64,000 nucleotides of DNA, from positions 186,001-250,000 of the forward strand of contig PPNB01000005.1 of the NCBI GenBank assembly GCA_003707115.1. The letters are read 5' to 3'. The notes below the pieces were generated by a model. That model was not told where the DNA came from. It made no database searches and saw only the letters and a list, made by a program, of their open reading frames with translations. Positions 62,660-64,000 of the stretch are shown piece by piece. The position numbers and the translations under genes are program-made. Origin of the DNA: Tortispora ganteri. Lineage: Eukaryota. How positions within the stretch are numbered: the stretch's first letter is position 1; the number at the start of each line of letters is the position of its first letter.

Positions 62660-63922
62660 ATGAGGATGAAAGATGTGATTGCTATCATCGGCAACACAGG
62701 TGTAGGTAAATCTAAGCTCGCTGTTCAGATAGCACAACGTATTGGTGGTGAGATAATTAATGCAGATGCTATGCAGATGTACAAAGGGATTCCAATTATT
62801 ACAAACAAACATCCAGAACGCGAACGACTAGGTATTCCACACCATATGCTTGGATTTATTGATTGGCGCCACCAATATACAGCACATGATTTCAGCAAAG
62901 ATGCCATGTCAGTTATTGATAGTATCTATAGTCGCGGTAAAGTACCGATCTTAGTTGGCGGGACACATTATTATTTGAATTCTATACTGTTGAATATGAC
63001 ACTGGACGCCGAAGACATTGAAGTGCCTACACATCTAAACGAGAAATCAAACGACGAACTTCACGAGATATTAAAACATGTAGACGAACCATTGAGTCAG
63101 AAGTTTCATCCGAACGACCGACGGAAACTACTCAAGGCAATCTCTTACCAGCTTTCAACAGGCACCAAACTATCAGATGCCTACCTAGCACAGAAGACAC
63201 AGTTGCCGCCGCCACCAGCCTACAGGACGTTGTTTCTGTGGATCTATTGCGAACCTGAGACGCTGTCTATGCGGCTCAATACCCGTGTCGACGAAATGGT
63301 AGCAAATGGCCTGCTAGATGAGGTCAAGCAACTACATGAGTTCTATACTACCACAAACTCATCTGCTGATGTCGGCCCATTGCAAGCTATTGGGTTCAAA
63401 GAGTGTCTTGCGTGGGCGGAAAACGGGACTGAAGAGGACAAAATCGAAGGTATAGAAGCCACAAAACGTGCCACTAGGAAGTACGCGAAATACCAGACGC
63501 GATTCATTAGAAAGAAAACCATTCTGCATACGCGACAACTGCGCGACATGTACCCGGACTACGGAATGGACGTGTACCTGCTTGACTCTACGATGCTTTC
63601 CTTATGGGATACTAATGTGGGGGAGCGTGGCGAAAGTATTGCCGCATCATTCCTGAAAGGCACTGCGTGTGAAGAACCGTTCGCTCCAGACCAGCTGAAA
63701 CATCTACTGGAACCGCCGAAAGATTACGATCTCAGCGATCGACCAGACCTATGGCAACATAAGACTTGTGATACATGCACTGTCGCTGGCAAGCCAATGA
63801 TTTTAGTCGGAGAAGAAGCATGGCAGGAACATCTGCGATCACAACGGCACCGTCGCGGCGTTCGCGGAGCCAAAAAGCTGGCAGCTTTTGAGGCATGGAA
63901 GAAGGCTAATGCTATAAACTGA
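62660..63922 (+). CDS. MOD5: tRNA dimethylallyltransferase with C-terminal zinc finger
   Basis: GNTGVGKS P-loop, INADAMQMYKG, ITNK, VGGTHYY, QAIGFKE, TRKYAKYQ, CDTC...HLRSQRH. Confidence 0.96.
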   Translation: MRMKDVIAIIGNTGVGKSKLAVQIAQRIGGEIINADAMQMYKGIPIITNKHPERERLGIPHHMLGFIDWRHQYTAHDFSKDAMSVIDSIYSRGKVPILVGGTHYYLNSILLNMTLDAEDIEVPTHLNEKSNDELHEILKHVDEPLSQKFHPNDRRKLLKAISYQLSTGTKLSDAYLAQKTQLPPPPAYRTLFLWIYCEPETLSMRLNTRVDEMVANGLLDEVKQLHEFYTTTNSSADVGPLQAIGFKECLAWAENGTEEDKIEGIEATKRATRKYAKYQTRFIRKKTILHTRQLRDMYPDYGMDVYLLDSTMLSLWDTNVGERGESIAASFLKGTACEEPFAPDQLKHLLEPPKDYDLSDRPDLWQHKTCDTCTVAGKPMILVGEEAWQEHLRSQRHRRGVRGAKKLAAFEAWKKANAIN

Positions 63923-64000
63923 CTACGAACTGAATGAAAACATTAATAATATAACCAGAAGAAAAGCCGGGATGTCTAGGCGAAGGTCGTAAAGTCGTGT

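Overview
Gene-dense eukaryotic window from a budding-yeast-like fungus. It is most consistent with an early-diverging Saccharomycotina yeast (inference): standard code with CTG at a conserved Leu in pyruvate kinase, few introns, GTAAGT donors with TACTAAC or TGTTAAC branch points, and very short intergenic spaces. About 42 protein genes and one tRNA-Gln(UUG) are supported. Most are housekeeping genes (ORM1, THI80, MIA40, SDH8, RLM1, LOC1, CSE4, MED6/MED8, NudC, AP180, MSD1, pyruvate kinase, TFB3, BUD27, MRPS8, MOD5). Three genes are intron-split and were reconstructed by hand (CSE4, PYK1, a Snapin-like gene). The main points of interest are: (1) a compact three-gene cluster at 50.2-55.7 kb, Zn2Cys6 regulator + 2OG-Fe(II) dioxygenase + NCS1 nucleobase permease, with a GATA/CGG-rich divergent promoter, a candidate uncharacterised nucleobase-type scavenging pathway; (2) a tandem triplet of mosaic amidases next to a secreted dipeptidyl peptidase; (3) a 3.2 kb very AT-rich, ORF-free block that is a candidate centromere; (4) an Mcr1-type cytochrome b5 reductase carrying a PTS2 instead of a mitochondrial anchor; (5) an MPDU1 with a histone-H1-like SPKK tail; (6) a same-strand overlapping microprotein/SNRNP27 pair; (7) a possible structured ncRNA near 30.9 kb. 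All family assignments come from motif recognition; no database searches were run.
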